A stretch of 64,000 nucleotides of DNA from Marsupella aquatica. Its lineage: Eukaryota > Plantae > Marchantiophyta. This document shows, piece after piece, positions 62,740-64,000 of this stretch; position 1 is the stretch's first letter; the number at the start of each line of letters is the position of its first letter. Made by a program: the position numbers and the translations under genes. The stretch is from contig OZ316896.1 in the NCBI GenBank assembly GCA_973895155.1, positions 3,572,738 through 3,636,737 on the forward strand. The letters are read 5' to 3'. The notes beneath the pieces were generated by a model, which did no database searches, was not told where the DNA came from, and saw only the letters and a program-made list of their open reading frames with translations.

Positions 62740-63380
62740 CTACTTTTAAATGGGGACCAGTGTAGGGTATCCCACAAGGGGTGATGATGTCCAGGCTGGA
62801 CCCATCCTAGGAAGGAGAGAGGGTTGGACTCTACTTTGGAGTATGTGCCACTTTGGAGTATGCACCACTGTAGGGTAGCCCATAAGGGGGACGATAACCA
62901 GGTATCCAATTAATACAAGGAAGGAGAGAGGGTTGGACACCTAGGGATCCCACACAGACCCATTCAAGGAAGAAGGAGGGTTGGACCAGGACCACATAAA
63001 GAACAGGGACCCACTCTAGGAAGAAGGAGGGTTACCCAGGACCACAAAGCTCATTCCAGAAAAAAGGAGGGTCGCACCAGGACCACAAAGAGGTCAACCA
63101 AAGACCTACTGTAGAAGAAACAAGTACTCACACCACTACACCCCACCCACACAAACATTCCCTTAGTGCGGAGGGTGGATTGGCAGAAACCAGTACTCAC
63201 ACCACTACACTAATAGTGAGGGGGATTGGCTGACCCAAAAAAACCAGTACTCACACCAGTACACAAGCATTCCCTAAACACAAGCATTCCCTTAGTGAGG
63301 AAGGGGATTAACACCAGTACACCCCACCCACACAAACACAAGCATTCCCTAAACACAAGCATTCCCTTAGTGAAGAAGGG
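62740..63380. repeat. Array of short degenerate direct repeats (aaggagagagggttggac; caccagtac.cac; aaacacaagcattccct)
   Basis: Multiple visible copies; probably TE-internal or LTR sequence. Confidence 0.6.
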
Positions 63381-63769
63381 GTTTAAACCAGGGACCTCTT
63401 TGTTCTGGGCTATCCGCTGGCCAAGGCTAATCCCCCTGGCAAAATGATAGAAGCCAACTTCGTCTCCTCCTCATTATTGCTGTCACTGCAAAACAGTCCT
63501 GGCCGGGAAGTCTAGATGGGATCGATCGATTATAATTGTGCCTTCTTTGTATCGCCTCCTCGTTTCTAATCATCCCTAAGTCCCTCAATTTCCTTCGCGA
63601 GCCGTCTCATCGGTCGATCCACTGTACATGTCTTGGCGTCATCGCTCGACTTTGCCAAGTTCTTTGTAACTATCGCCCGCTCAATTTTAGCCAAGCTTTG
63701 ACTGACTCAGTTGATTCATGAGCCCTCTCATCGATCAATACATCGGCTTTACAAGTCTTCGTGTGATCG

Positions 63770-63998
63770 AGGATCCGTTCCTTCATCGTATCGCCCGCTC
63801 TCAATTTTAATCACCTTTGAATTTTACATTGTTGTGAAGACAGGAAAATCCGTCGTCACTTGCTGATTCGTGAGTCCTCACATCCAGCAGTACAATTCAG
63901 CATCATCCTTGTGCACTCTTATTGTGTCCGAGGTTCGGGGGATCCGTTCCTTCATCGTATCGCCCAGTCTCAATTTTAATCACCTTTGAATTTTACAA
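63770..63998. repeat. ~58-bp direct repeat ~170 bp apart
   Basis: ggatccgttccttcatcgtatcgccc..tctcaattttaatcacctttgaattttaca at ~63771 and ~63940; degenerate copy at ~63671. Confidence 0.75.
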
Positions 63999-64000
63999 TG

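Overview
Eukaryotic (land-plant) nuclear DNA; a non-seed plant such as a bryophyte or lycophyte is my inference, not shown. The window is a transposon-riddled cluster of five intronless germin-like protein (GLP, cupin) genes: 11150+, 15515-, 24996-, 31577+, 49691+. All five carry a non-canonical germin box (HTHNLATE instead of HTHPRATE). Two of them lie in a ~7 kb direct segmental duplication (7144-14650 / 26701-33840) and a third is an older inverted duplicate. One spliced 5-exon, 309-aa gene of unknown function lies at 34547-36313 (-). Around these genes are three Ty1/copia elements (an internally deleted one with TA..CA ends and an antisense RNase H1 hybrid-binding-domain ORF, a Tork/Tnt1-like one lacking a TSD, and a Bianca-type one with identical 110-bp LTRs), a solo LTR, a 5'-truncated LINE, a Mutator-like family with ACCCTG termini, an 8-bp-TSD MITE family, a 4-bp-TSD TIR element and two tail-to-tail Helitron-like elements. 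A ~4.7-kb LTR-less insertion carrying a single decayed ~1217-codon ORF splits the MULE transposase. All calls were made by eye; no database searches were run.
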